From: a virus
Taxonomy: Duplodnaviria > Caudoviricetes
Length of the DNA stretch: 64,000 bases
Direction: 5' to 3' (one strand)
IMG/VR virus record: IMGVR_UViG_3300021387_000090
Span: 32,001-96,000 of that record
Shown one piece after another: positions 1-10,600 of the stretch (positions are counted from its first letter, which is position 1; each line of letters opens with the position of its first letter). Under the pieces are notes generated by a model. It was given only the letters and a program-made list of their open reading frames with translations, made no database searches and had not been told where the DNA came from. Both the position numbers and the translations under genes were made by a program.

Positions 1-1100
1 TAACCAAAGAAGAATTATTTTTATCCACAAATCAGAATAAAGCCCAAGATTCTATATATTTAAAAGTGGGCGGTGGAAGAAATTGTATTTCTGTATTTGG
101 TAATAAAGCAGACGATTCAGCGGCAGTAGGGAATCATATACATTTAGGATGGCTTAATCATATTGATGATGTAACTGGTCAAAAGGAAAGTGATTATACT
201 TATGCGGGTTGGGGTGTTTATTGTTCAACAGATTTAAATTTGATTAGTAATTCCATTGTAAAAATTCATTTGTCGAGTGGTAGTAACAGTATATTAGATA
301 CAGAGTATATTAGACTTTCAAGGCTTACTGGTGTTATGATTGGTTCAAATGTTGACGTAGAAATAAATAGCAATAAAGACGTAAGTATAAGTGGTACAAA
401 TAATGTATCTGTATCAAGTGACAAAAATGCTTCATTGCATGGAACTACTACCTCTATTTCTGGAAATACAATTAATCTTAGTGCTTCAAAAGAATTGTCA
501 ATAGATTCTTTATATACGGGTCTTATTAGCTTTTCTAGTAATTATTTAGACACAAATACATTACAAAACAGAAAAATAGAAATCGCCATTGATGGTGATA
601 AGCAATCACTTCGTCCTAGATTAAATGCAACGTCATCTGTTACTGGCTATTATTTAGGAACTGCTAATTTTCGGTGGGATACAATTTACGCAAAAAATAG
701 TACTATATCCACATCCGATCAAAAGGATAAAGATATTTTAGGTGATATTCCTTTCGCTAAACAATTGATTATGTCTTTACAACCTAAAACTTATATGTGG
801 AAAGATGGAGATCATAGGCGAACTCGTATGGGGTTTGTTGCACAGGATGTAGCTTCTTCATGTAAAAATATGAACGAGAATCTTGCGCTATTTACGGCTT
901 CATATATACCAGATCCTGAGTTAGGTGAAAATGATCCTATTTTGGATCAGGACTATTTTGGCGAAAATGTAGATGATAATAAATTAATATGGGGCTTATC
1001 TTATCATGAATTTATTGCCCCTATGGTTGCTGTGATTCAACAGCAACAACAAGATATTGATACTTTAAAGCAAGAAATAAAACTCCTTAAAGGAGAATAA
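1..1100 (+). CDS. Tail fibre/spike protein, C-terminal part, with peptidase S74-type intramolecular chaperone domain (5'-truncated by window edge)
   Basis: Frame is open from position 3 to the stop at 1100. C-terminus has LGTANFRWDTIY..SDQKDK, W-K, GFVAQD and a terminal coiled coil, typical of S74 chaperones. Confidence 0.8.
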   Translation, partial: TKEELFLSTNQNKAQDSIYLKVGGGRNCISVFGNKADDSAAVGNHIHLGWLNHIDDVTGQKESDYTYAGWGVYCSTDLNLISNSIVKIHLSSGSNSILDTEYIRLSRLTGVMIGSNVDVEINSNKDVSISGTNNVSVSSDKNASLHGTTTSISGNTINLSASKELSIDSLYTGLISFSSNYLDTNTLQNRKIEIAIDGDKQSLRPRLNATSSVTGYYLGTANFRWDTIYAKNSTISTSDQKDKDILGDIPFAKQLIMSLQPKTYMWKDGDHRRTRMGFVAQDVASSCKNMNENLALFTASYIPDPELGENDPILDQDYFGENVDDNKLIWGLSYHEFIAPMVAVIQQQQQDIDTLKQEIKLLKGE

Positions 1101-1103
1101 TTA

Positions 1104-1523
1104 ATGGAACAAAAGGAGGAAAATACCATGGAATTAAAGGGTGTTAGAATTTTAGAGATTAATGATGTTTTCGGAAAGATTGCAAATGCTGATGTTGATA
1201 TTAAAACAGCTATTTGTATAGCTAATAATCTTAAGGTTCTTGAAACGCCTGTGAAGATTTTACGGGATAAGCAGAGAGATTTACTTGATAAGTACGGTGA
1301 GAAGGATGCCGATGGTAATCTTGTAGAAGTAGACAATGGTATCAGGATTACCAATATGGCTGAATTTGTGCCTCAGATGGAAGAGATCATGGGTACGGAT
1401 ATTGAAGTAGATCTGAAGAAAATTAAATTATCAGCATTGGAAAATATAAAGATTTCAGCAAATGATATTCGTGTTTTGAATGGAATCATTGAAGATGAGG
1501 AAGACACCAAAACCGAAGAATAA
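1104..1523 (+). CDS. Putative tail fibre assembly chaperone (DUF1617-like)
   Basis: Acidic 139-aa ORF directly after the fibre gene; LLDKYGEKDADG motif. Confidence 0.5.
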   Translation: MEQKEENTMELKGVRILEINDVFGKIANADVDIKTAICIANNLKVLETPVKILRDKQRDLLDKYGEKDADGNLVEVDNGIRITNMAEFVPQMEEIMGTDIEVDLKKIKLSALENIKISANDIRVLNGIIEDEEDTKTEE

Positions 1524-1542
1524 AGAAAGGGTTAAATAAATT

Positions 1543-2352
1543 ATGTATGCTACAGATTTTGAATTTGATGGCAAACGGCTGTCTGACTTTGGATATGTCA
1601 TAGCGTCTTTTGATGATAGCGGTGACGGGGCAGCAATGTCGGGTGCGAACATTAGTCTGTCCACATCTTCAAGTCTGGGGAATGAGCGTTTTGATTTATT
1701 TAATGTGACCTACAATGAGCCATATACTATTACTTTTACAATCATGAAAGATCCGTGTATATCTGGCGATCAAGAAGATATGTATTTATCTCCTATTGAA
1801 GTATCTGCTTTACAAAGATGGTTATGTAGGAAAAATCATTATTGTAAATTTAAAATAGATCAAGACGAATATGAAAACATATATTGGATGGGTACATTTA
1901 CAAGCCAACAGTATGTTATGAATGGGCATATTATTGGTTTGGAATTAACCTTTACTGCTGATAGTCCTTATGGACATATTGATAAAATAAATTTGGATTA
2001 TACCGTTTCTGCAAATGGAAATTTTGTAGTTGTGGATGCTTCGGAAGAAGAAGGGTATATTTATCCGAATTTGGTAATCAAATTAAATTCAGCAGGAAAT
2101 TTAACAATTACGAATTCTAGAGATACAAAAATCACAAGGATAAATAATTGTACAGCGAATGAAACTATCACAATTGATGGTGAGCATTTAATTATAAAGA
2201 CTTCAGTGTCTGGTCACGATCTTGGGAAAGATTTCAATTATATTTTCCCAAGGATCATAAACACTGTTGAAGACGTAACTAATACATTTAATAGTAATCT
2301 TGCATGTTCTGTTAAGATGACTTACGCTCCAGCTATTAAGACTGGTATTTAA
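1543..2352 (+). CDS. Distal tail (Dit-like) protein
   Basis: N-terminal DFEFDGKRLSDFG, internal LTFTADSPYG and C-terminal FPR..N.F pattern of siphophage Dit-like proteins; tail module context. Confidence 0.65.
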   Translation: MYATDFEFDGKRLSDFGYVIASFDDSGDGAAMSGANISLSTSSSLGNERFDLFNVTYNEPYTITFTIMKDPCISGDQEDMYLSPIEVSALQRWLCRKNHYCKFKIDQDEYENIYWMGTFTSQQYVMNGHIIGLELTFTADSPYGHIDKINLDYTVSANGNFVVVDASEEEGYIYPNLVIKLNSAGNLTITNSRDTKITRINNCTANETITIDGEHLIIKTSVSGHDLGKDFNYIFPRIINTVEDVTNTFNSNLACSVKMTYAPAIKTGI

Positions 2353-2368
2353 GAAAGTAGGTGAGAAC

Positions 2369-3334
2369 ATGATTGTAACACATAATATTAATTTGGATCT
2401 AAGATCTGAATATATGTTAGGAATTAAAATACCACAGTATACTAAAGATTCACATAAATTAGTGGTTACTGTAAGCGATAATGGGACACCGAAGACTTTT
2501 AATATCAGTAATGAAACAGCTAAGTTTAAAGCGAATACTCCGGGTGAACATTATTATTATTTGGATACTACATTGACTGCAAATAATATTACTATCACTT
2601 TACCAAAAGAGATAAGCGCTTTTGCAGGACGAGTTCAAGCTTTGTTTGAGATCAGTAATAGCGCAGAAAATAGTATCCAAGCTACTATGAAGTTCTATAT
2701 TATAGTAACTCCTAGTGCTTATGATGAAGATGCTGTAGTAAACTCTGATATTTTTACATCATTAACACAACGATTAAATCAAGTAGATGCTTTAATTACA
2801 ACAGCGAATACTAAATTAGCCTCTTTAAACCGCTCAATTAATGAAATGAATACGTTATTAACAACCACTGAAAGAAATGTAACACAAAAAATGGCTGAAG
2901 TCGATACTACTGTTTCAAATAAAATGTCTAGCGTTGATAATACTATTACTGCTAAAATGTCTTCTGTGGATACTACTGTTTCAAATAAAATGGATGCTGT
3001 GGATACTGTAGTAGATAATAAATTAGACAGTTATGATACAGCAATTGCTGATAAGATTGCAGATGTTAATACTACTTTAACGGACGCTGAAACTGCCGTT
3101 GACAATAAACTAGATGAAATAGATGCCACAGCAACTCAGAGATTATCAGCTTTCGATACGCAAGTACAAAATAAGCTTGACAATATTGATACTTTGGTTC
3201 AAGCAAAGACAGCAGAAATGGACGCTCTATTAGCAGAACTTGATAGTACAACCACAAGTTTAGATTGGCTCAATAGTACAGATAAAATAATTGATTCTAA
3301 AATTGTTGATAGAGGGGTGAATGATAATGAATGA
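2369..3334 (+). CDS. BppU-like baseplate protein with 11-aa coiled-coil repeats
   Basis: BppU-like N-terminal beta domain followed by repeated KMxxVDxTV/I units. Confidence 0.6.
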   Translation: MIVTHNINLDLRSEYMLGIKIPQYTKDSHKLVVTVSDNGTPKTFNISNETAKFKANTPGEHYYYLDTTLTANNITITLPKEISAFAGRVQALFEISNSAENSIQATMKFYIIVTPSAYDEDAVVNSDIFTSLTQRLNQVDALITTANTKLASLNRSINEMNTLLTTTERNVTQKMAEVDTTVSNKMSSVDNTITAKMSSVDTTVSNKMDAVDTVVDNKLDSYDTAIADKIADVNTTLTDAETAVDNKLDEIDATATQRLSAFDTQVQNKLDNIDTLVQAKTAEMDALLAELDSTTTSLDWLNSTDKIIDSKIVDRGVNDNE

Positions 3335-3929
3335 ACAGACTAGATTTTTTACGACTCAAAAATATAAAATTGCTGGGAATGTTGCAACGGGAGTTATTAA
3401 CGAAAATGATTTTGTTATAACAACTGATACACATGAGTTATATTTTGTAGATTCTCAGAAAAATATTATTCCTATTACAACAACTAAGGAATTAATTGGA
3501 TTAGAGAATGTCACTAATACTAGGCAGATAAATGGTCGAGCCTCTGGTACTGTACCAAATCATGTTGTGGTATGGGGTGCAAACGGTTACACCGTAGAAG
3601 ATAGTGGATTTACTATTGCGTCCAATGTTCCCGCAAATGCAAAATTTACAGATACAACCTATGGACTTGCTACTATTTATGGTAGTGGATTAATGTCTGG
3701 GTTTGATAAAGAAAAATTGAACGGTATTGAAGAAGGTGCAAAGGCCAATGTACGTTCAGATTGGAACGCTACAACTGGTGATGCAGTTATTTTAAATAAG
3801 CCCACTATTCCTACTGATAATGCAGAATTGACTAATGGTGCTGGGTATATTACACAGGAGCAAGCATCTGCTTTAATTACAGAAATTATTGAAAATATGA
3901 ATGGTGATAATTTGGAGTATGGATCTTAA
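3321..3929 (+). CDS. Tail fibre-related structural protein
   Basis: GLMSxxDKEKLNGIEEGA, SDWNATTGDA and LTNGAGYIT fibre motifs. Confidence 0.55.
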   Translation: MIMNEQTRFFTTQKYKIAGNVATGVINENDFVITTDTHELYFVDSQKNIIPITTTKELIGLENVTNTRQINGRASGTVPNHVVVWGANGYTVEDSGFTIASNVPANAKFTDTTYGLATIYGSGLMSGFDKEKLNGIEEGAKANVRSDWNATTGDAVILNKPTIPTDNAELTNGAGYITQEQASALITEIIENMNGDNLEYGS

Positions 3930-3949
3930 CTAGATAAGGAGGTGGTTAA

Positions 3950-6631
3950 ATGTCTCAAAAGGTATTAATTACTAAACAAAAATTAGATGATTTAGCGAAC
4001 GCCATCGCTTATAAAAGTGGAAGATCAGGTGCAATGACTATAAATGAAATGAGTAATGTCGTTGCAGATATTAAAACTAATCCAGAGTTACAAGAAAAAA
4101 GCGTATCACCTACTGAATCAACTATTATAGTAACTGCTGATAATGGATATGATGGATTATCAGAAGTCACAGTGAATGGAATAAATTCAGAATATGTTGG
4201 AAGTAACATACCTAGAAGAACTATTACTGATTTAAATGGAGAATATGAAAATAGCGAATATCATGTAAATGTGCCAAATGGATATTATGCAAACGATCTT
4301 GCTTATGAAGTGGCATCTGGTGTTGAAGGAACGCCTAGTGCTATAAAAGGGGAAGTAGATAATCATATTATAACTATTACGCCCTCTGTAACTAATACCG
4401 AAGGATATATTTTAGGAGGGACAAAGAGTGGTAGTGCTGTAACTGTTAGTGTAGATGAATTGGTATCTGGCACTCAAACTGTTAATGAAAATGGAACGTA
4501 TGATGTAATCTCTTTGGCTGAAATGGTTGTAGATGTTGAAGCAAGCAGCGATGAAGCTTCAATTGTTGATGGAATAGCAATGAAAGCTTATAGTAATGCA
4601 ATTGGAAGAAGTGCGAGTTTTGTTGCTGATGAAGTATTTATGTCTAATAGTATAATAACTATTGCTAGTTTTCCTTTAGCATCTGATATTGGAGTGAGCG
4701 CATTTTGGAGTTGTCCAAATTTACAAAAAGTGGATTGCGCCTCTGTTATGCATATTAGAAGTAGTGCTTTTGAATATTGTTCGAACTTGAGTACAATAAA
4801 TGTTCCAAATGTTCGTTATATAGATCAAGAATGCTTCTATGGTTGTTCTTTATTATCCGAAATAAGCTTTCCAAATTTGTTAAGTGCTGGGGGTAATGCT
4901 TTTGGATATTGTAATAACTTATCATCTGTAAACCTTCCAATGTTAACCAGTGCGGAAGCAGGACTATTTAATGGATGTAGGAATTTAAGTAATTTAACTC
5001 TTCCTGCACTAACCACAATACCATCATATTTTGCAAATTATAATTCGGGGCTTATGTCCATCTCATTCCCCGCAGCTTCATATATTGGAGCAAGTGCCTT
5101 TACTCAAGATAGCAATTTAACAAACATAAATATACCTATTACTACTTATATTGGTTCGTCTGCGTTCGCATATTGTTCAAAATTAACAGAAATAAATTTT
5201 TCAATGGTCACACAAATAGGAGAAGCCGCATTTTATCAATGTTCTGCATTAACAACTGCTAGTTTACCGATTGTTGAAACAATTGAAACAGGTGCTTTTA
5301 GTGCTTGTTATCAATTGTCAAACATTTATATGCCTTTGGTAAATTATATTGGTGATTATGCTTTTGCTAACTGTATGCAATTAACATCTTTTAACGGCCC
5401 CCAAGTTTCAACTATTAGAGATTTTGCTTTTGCGGGTTGTTCCAATTTAACGAGTGTTAATCTTCCAAATGTTTCGGGAATACCCAGTAGTTGTTTTCAA
5501 CAATGTTCTAAGTTGGAAACGGTGAATTTATCTACGGGTTACGGTATAGGGGATTATGCATTTGCTGGGTGTCGAAGTTTAACTTCTATATTTGCTCCGA
5601 ATTTAGCATATATTGGAAGTTGGGCATTTCGAGATTGTATTAACTTATCAGTTGCTGATTTTTCATCAGTTACTCAAATTTCCAGTTATGCATTTATGTA
5701 TTGTAATAATTTAACCACTGTTAGTTTTCCTCTTTTAAGTGAATTGAAATCAAGTGTTTTTGCTGATTGTTATAATTTAACAAATATAAATTTACCAAAC
5801 CTTGAATCAATTGGAGATCGTGCTTTTAGTGGTTGCTCTTCATTAAAAAATGTGTCATTTCCTTCTGTATCATATGTAGGCATTGCTGCTTTTGGTTCGT
5901 GCTTGTCTCTAGTTAGTGTAAATCTTCCTGTAGCTACTACAATTAGCAATGCAGCCTTTAATGGGTGCCGAAATTTAACAACGGTAAGCTTGCCCATGGT
6001 TACGGCGCTTGGTTCCAAAGTGTTTCAAGGTTGCTCTAATTTGTCTACGTTGTCTTTCCCGGCTCTTACGACAATTAGTGGTAATACATTCATAGGAAAT
6101 CAAGATATTGTTAATCTGGACTTTTCGATAGTTACAACAATTTCTAGTTATGCTTTTCAGGGATGTACAAAATTATCAAAGATAGTTGCACCTCTTTTAA
6201 CACTAATTGGGTCATTTGGTTTTAGTAACTGTATTAATTTAAACGATCTATCTTTCCCGGCATTAACAACTATTAGTGCAAGTGCTTTTGCTTATTGTTT
6301 TGCACTTAGTAATGTAAATTTCCCCAAAGTTACGACTATTTATAATAATGCCTTTGAACATTGTTCAAGTTTAACAGAGATTAGTCTTCCCACTGTTCAG
6401 TATATTGGAACAGGCGTTTTTAGTCAATGTCAGAATCTTATTTCAGTAAATTTAGTAGGTATATCTTCAGTTCCTACTCTTGCTAATATTAATGTTTTTC
6501 AATCTACGCCAATGAGTATATCTATATATACAAGTGGTTATGGTAGTATTTATGTTCCAGCAAGTTTATATTCTAATTTCCTGACCGCTCAATATTGGTC
6601 ATATTATAGCAACAGAATGGTTTCTGTTTAA
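3950..6631 (+). CDS. BspA-type leucine-rich repeat (LRR_5) protein
   Basis: More than 20 repeats of about 22 aa matching IGxxAFxxCxxLxxVxLP; C-terminal IYVPASLYSNF..W cap. Confidence 0.9.
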   Translation: MSQKVLITKQKLDDLANAIAYKSGRSGAMTINEMSNVVADIKTNPELQEKSVSPTESTIIVTADNGYDGLSEVTVNGINSEYVGSNIPRRTITDLNGEYENSEYHVNVPNGYYANDLAYEVASGVEGTPSAIKGEVDNHIITITPSVTNTEGYILGGTKSGSAVTVSVDELVSGTQTVNENGTYDVISLAEMVVDVEASSDEASIVDGIAMKAYSNAIGRSASFVADEVFMSNSIITIASFPLASDIGVSAFWSCPNLQKVDCASVMHIRSSAFEYCSNLSTINVPNVRYIDQECFYGCSLLSEISFPNLLSAGGNAFGYCNNLSSVNLPMLTSAEAGLFNGCRNLSNLTLPALTTIPSYFANYNSGLMSISFPAASYIGASAFTQDSNLTNINIPITTYIGSSAFAYCSKLTEINFSMVTQIGEAAFYQCSALTTASLPIVETIETGAFSACYQLSNIYMPLVNYIGDYAFANCMQLTSFNGPQVSTIRDFAFAGCSNLTSVNLPNVSGIPSSCFQQCSKLETVNLSTGYGIGDYAFAGCRSLTSIFAPNLAYIGSWAFRDCINLSVADFSSVTQISSYAFMYCNNLTTVSFPLLSELKSSVFADCYNLTNINLPNLESIGDRAFSGCSSLKNVSFPSVSYVGIAAFGSCLSLVSVNLPVATTISNAAFNGCRNLTTVSLPMVTALGSKVFQGCSNLSTLSFPALTTISGNTFIGNQDIVNLDFSIVTTISSYAFQGCTKLSKIVAPLLTLIGSFGFSNCINLNDLSFPALTTISASAFAYCFALSNVNFPKVTTIYNNAFEHCSSLTEISLPTVQYIGTGVFSQCQNLISVNLVGISSVPTLANINVFQSTPMSISIYTSGYGSIYVPASLYSNFLTAQYWSYYSNRMVSV

Positions 6632-6659
6632 AATATTGTGAATACGAGGATAATCAAAG

Positions 6660-7631
6660 ATGAAATTACAAATATTAATTCCACATTATAAGGAAAATCC
6701 AGAAGAAATTAAACCACTTCTTGATTCTATTGCTCTTCAGCAGTCAATAGACTTCAAGGAGGTTGGTATAATTATTGCATATGATGGTGAAGAGGCTACT
6801 CCTCTTCCTGTTTGGGATAATTATCCATTTGAGGTAAAACATCTGCATATGCCGCACCAAGGAGTCAGCGCTACGAGAAACGCCGCTCTTGATGCGGCTA
6901 CAGCAGACTATGTTATGTTTTGCGATGCTGATGATATGTTTTGTCATGTGTGTGGTCTTTATATTATATTTAATGAAATGAAGACTGGATTTGATACACT
7001 GGTAAGTGTGTTTATTGAGGAAACAAGACACCCAGAAACGAAAGAACCTATGTATATCAATCATGATATGGACTCTACTTTTGTTCATGGCAAAGTTCAT
7101 AGAAGGGCATATCTGATTGATCGAAATATTAGATTCAATCCAAAACTTACAATTCATGAAGATAGTTATTTTAATATATTGGCACAAAATTTAACTGATA
7201 ATGCTAAATATTGTCCTACGCCTTTTTATCTTTGGAAGTGGCGTGATGCGAGTGTGTGTAGGCATGATAAAAATTACATTTTAAAGACTTACAATAATAT
7301 GCTTGATTCTAATGATGCTTTGGTTAACGAGTTTATGCTTCGTGGTAAAGCGGATAAAGCAAAGTTTTATGTAGGTTTTATGATTTTTGATGCTTATTAC
7401 ACAATGAATAAAAAGGAATGGATTGATCAAGAAAATCAAAAATACCGTAATGCAGTTGAATTGCGATTCTCTGAATACTTTAAAAAATATAAAAGTAAAT
7501 GGAATCAAATTTCAGAAACAGATAAAATGATGATCTCTAATGGAGTTAGAACTAGATCTGTTTCTGAAGGTATGCCAATGGAGAGTATTACAATCAATGC
7601 ATGGTTGGAACATATTGAGCATATAAAATAA
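6660..7631 (+). CDS. Family 2 glycosyltransferase
   Basis: ILIPHY, GVSATRNAAL, FCDADD (DxD) and HED motifs. Confidence 0.9.
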   Translation: MKLQILIPHYKENPEEIKPLLDSIALQQSIDFKEVGIIIAYDGEEATPLPVWDNYPFEVKHLHMPHQGVSATRNAALDAATADYVMFCDADDMFCHVCGLYIIFNEMKTGFDTLVSVFIEETRHPETKEPMYINHDMDSTFVHGKVHRRAYLIDRNIRFNPKLTIHEDSYFNILAQNLTDNAKYCPTPFYLWKWRDASVCRHDKNYILKTYNNMLDSNDALVNEFMLRGKADKAKFYVGFMIFDAYYTMNKKEWIDQENQKYRNAVELRFSEYFKKYKSKWNQISETDKMMISNGVRTRSVSEGMPMESITINAWLEHIEHIK

Positions 7632-7680
7632 CTATTTATTTGTATGAAGCAAAAATAATATAAAAAAGGAGGGATGATAA

Positions 7681-10600
7681 GTGCCTTCTAATTTTAGTGA
7701 TTTATTAAATAATGGAATTGTCAGCAATGATGAAGTAACCCCAACAGTTAATAGTAATAGATTAATGGCGGCTACAGATACTATTGCTGATGATACTGAA
7801 GAATGGACTAGAATAGTGAATGGTGTATATGAGTGGTATGATGAGTACACTGATGATCAAGGGCTGTCTACGGTTGATGCGAACAAACTTGTAACATTAG
7901 CGCCCAATCAAACCAATATCACGCAAGAAAGCAATTCACAATATATCAGTTTTAGAATGCAAAGATATTATGATGGCGTTGATCTTACTCAGATGACCAT
8001 TCGTTTTTATATCGTTAATTCTAAGAATGAGGGATATATTCTGCCAGCTTGTAATGTGTCGTATAATCAGAATTATATTAAATTTCATATGCTTGTAAAC
8101 GATGCTATGACACAAGTTGCTGGCACATTGAAATTTGAAATACAGGCTAGTGGTACGACTTCTGCGGGTACATACCGCTGGAAGACGAGATCTAATTCTC
8201 AATTAACTGTATTAGAAGCGTTATCTTATGATGATTTAATTGAGCCTAGTGATGGTTGGCAATCTTATCTGATTCAAATTGATAATGCAGTATCACAGGC
8301 TGAGACTGCTGCGCATACTGCTGAACAAGCGGTTGAATCTGTATCTGAAAAATTAGATGAATTTGATCAAGAAAAAGATAATGTAACTGCTGCTGTTGAG
8401 GAGAATGTCCGAAATGACATGAACGATACTATTGCCAATGCGCTTAGTACTGCACTAGATGATTATTATACGAAAGATGAAGTAGACAGTAAAGCTACAA
8501 ATCTTACTGTTAACTATAATACTAGCACTCATGTAATGACTTTCTTAGATAATGGTACACAATTCGCAGAATATGATTTGTCACAAGATCCTTCTCAGAC
8601 ATGGACATCTAATTTTAGAGAAAATGCTATTGCATCTGATATTCAATCTGCTATTAATACCGCTTTAAATAATTATTATACTAAAGCAGAAATTGATGAC
8701 AGCTTATTAACCATTAATTCTGCAATCGATGCATTAGAAGCGAAGTTGGATGGTGACGATTATTATACTGCGTCTGAAGTAGATGCTAAAGTAGCAACAA
8801 AAGCGGATTCTTCTACCGTTACAGCTATCCAAAATCAAATGAATGAAATTGCTTCTACAGCAAATTCAAATAAATCTAATATTACAACTATTGGTACTAA
8901 GATAGCTGAGTTAGAAGACGCAATTGCTGATATTGATACTTCCGAGTCTGCTATTAAGTATTATATCACTTATGATACTGATGATAGCTTAAGTGATGCT
9001 GAGAAATATATGCTGACTCTTTGGACATATGAAGGGGATGAATTTGTTCGTTCTAATGCCACTGCTGTTTGTGCAGTAAAGGTTGTCGGAGGTGGTGGAG
9101 GTGGACAATCTTCCTCTTCTACTATTACAATCTCCTATATTACAACGACTCCTGTTATTGTAAGGACGGGATCCAATATTGTATTACAATATCATTATCG
9201 TTCTGTAGATACTTCTGGGGTAGATATTGGTGGTACTGCTACATGGAGAATTGGCAACACTATTATTGGTACTCAAGTATTGACATCTAATACAGATAAT
9301 GAATTTGATGTAACGAATTTTGTTTCTTTGGGTACACAAAAAGTAACCTTAAGTATTACAGATGATAATGGTACTCTTGCTACTCGTGTTTGGACAGTAC
9401 AAGTTGTAGATGTACGATTGGAATCTAGTTTTAATGATACTTTTACTTATCCTATGGGGCCAATAAGTTTTGACTATACACCTTATGGAAGTATTAGTAA
9501 AGTGGTTCATTTCAAACTTGATGGTAATGAAATTGGAACTGTAACAACAACCTCTTCTGGTTTGCCAATGGGATTTGATATTCCTACACAAACTCATGGG
9601 GCGCATTTGTTGGATGCTTATATTACAGCAACAATTAGTGGAACTGATATTGAAACGGATCATATTTATAAAGATATTATTTGGTATAATGAGAATTCTA
9701 CTATTCCTGTAATTGGTGTTAATACACAAAATATTACTGCACAACAGTATGATACCAATAATATTACTTATACGGTATATGATCCTAATACAGAAACTCC
9801 TACTGTAACTTTTGCAGTTGACGGTGAACCTATTGCTACAAATATTGTAACGAATGGTGCGCATATTTGGAGTTATAAAGGTACTGTAGTTGGTAATCAT
9901 GTTTTAACTATTACTTGTCGTGATGTTATTAAAACTATTAATCTTACTGTCACAAAATTAGATATTGATATTGAACCTATTACCGCTAATTTGCAATTGG
10001 ATTTTAATCCTACTGGAATGAGTAATAACAGTGCTGATCGTTTGTGGTCAAATGGTACTTATCATATGTCAGTATCAGATAATTTTGATTGGGTAAATGG
10101 TGGATATCAGCTTGATGAAAACGGTGATCAATATTTTGGTATTAAAGCGGGAACTACTGCAACTTTTGATTACAAATTATTTGGTGATGATGCTAAACGT
10201 AATGGTAAGGAATTCAAGTTGGTCTTTAAAGTAGCAAATGTACGGGATATTGACACTACATGGATGTCTTGTATGGGAACAACTGGTACTGCTAATGTGG
10301 GTATATATATGAAGCCTCATGAGGCATATATTAATTCAAGTACCAATACTTTAATGTCTCCCATTGCCGAGGAGGACATTATTGAGTTTGAATTTAATAT
10401 AGCTAAAGATACTGCCAACATTCCTATGGTTATGACTTATGAAGATGGTGTAGCCCTTCGTCCTAAAGTGTATGGTTCTGATGATTCTTTTACTCAAGAT
10501 ACGCCTACGGATATTGTATTTGGATCTACTGAGTGCGATATTCGAATTTATAGAATGAAATGCTATAACTCTTCTCTTTCTGACAGTAATATTTTAACGA

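Noticed and set aside
2880-3200. 33-bp periodic DNA repeats as a regulatory or CRISPR-like array
   Set aside because: They are degenerate in-frame coding repeats of an 11-residue coiled coil.
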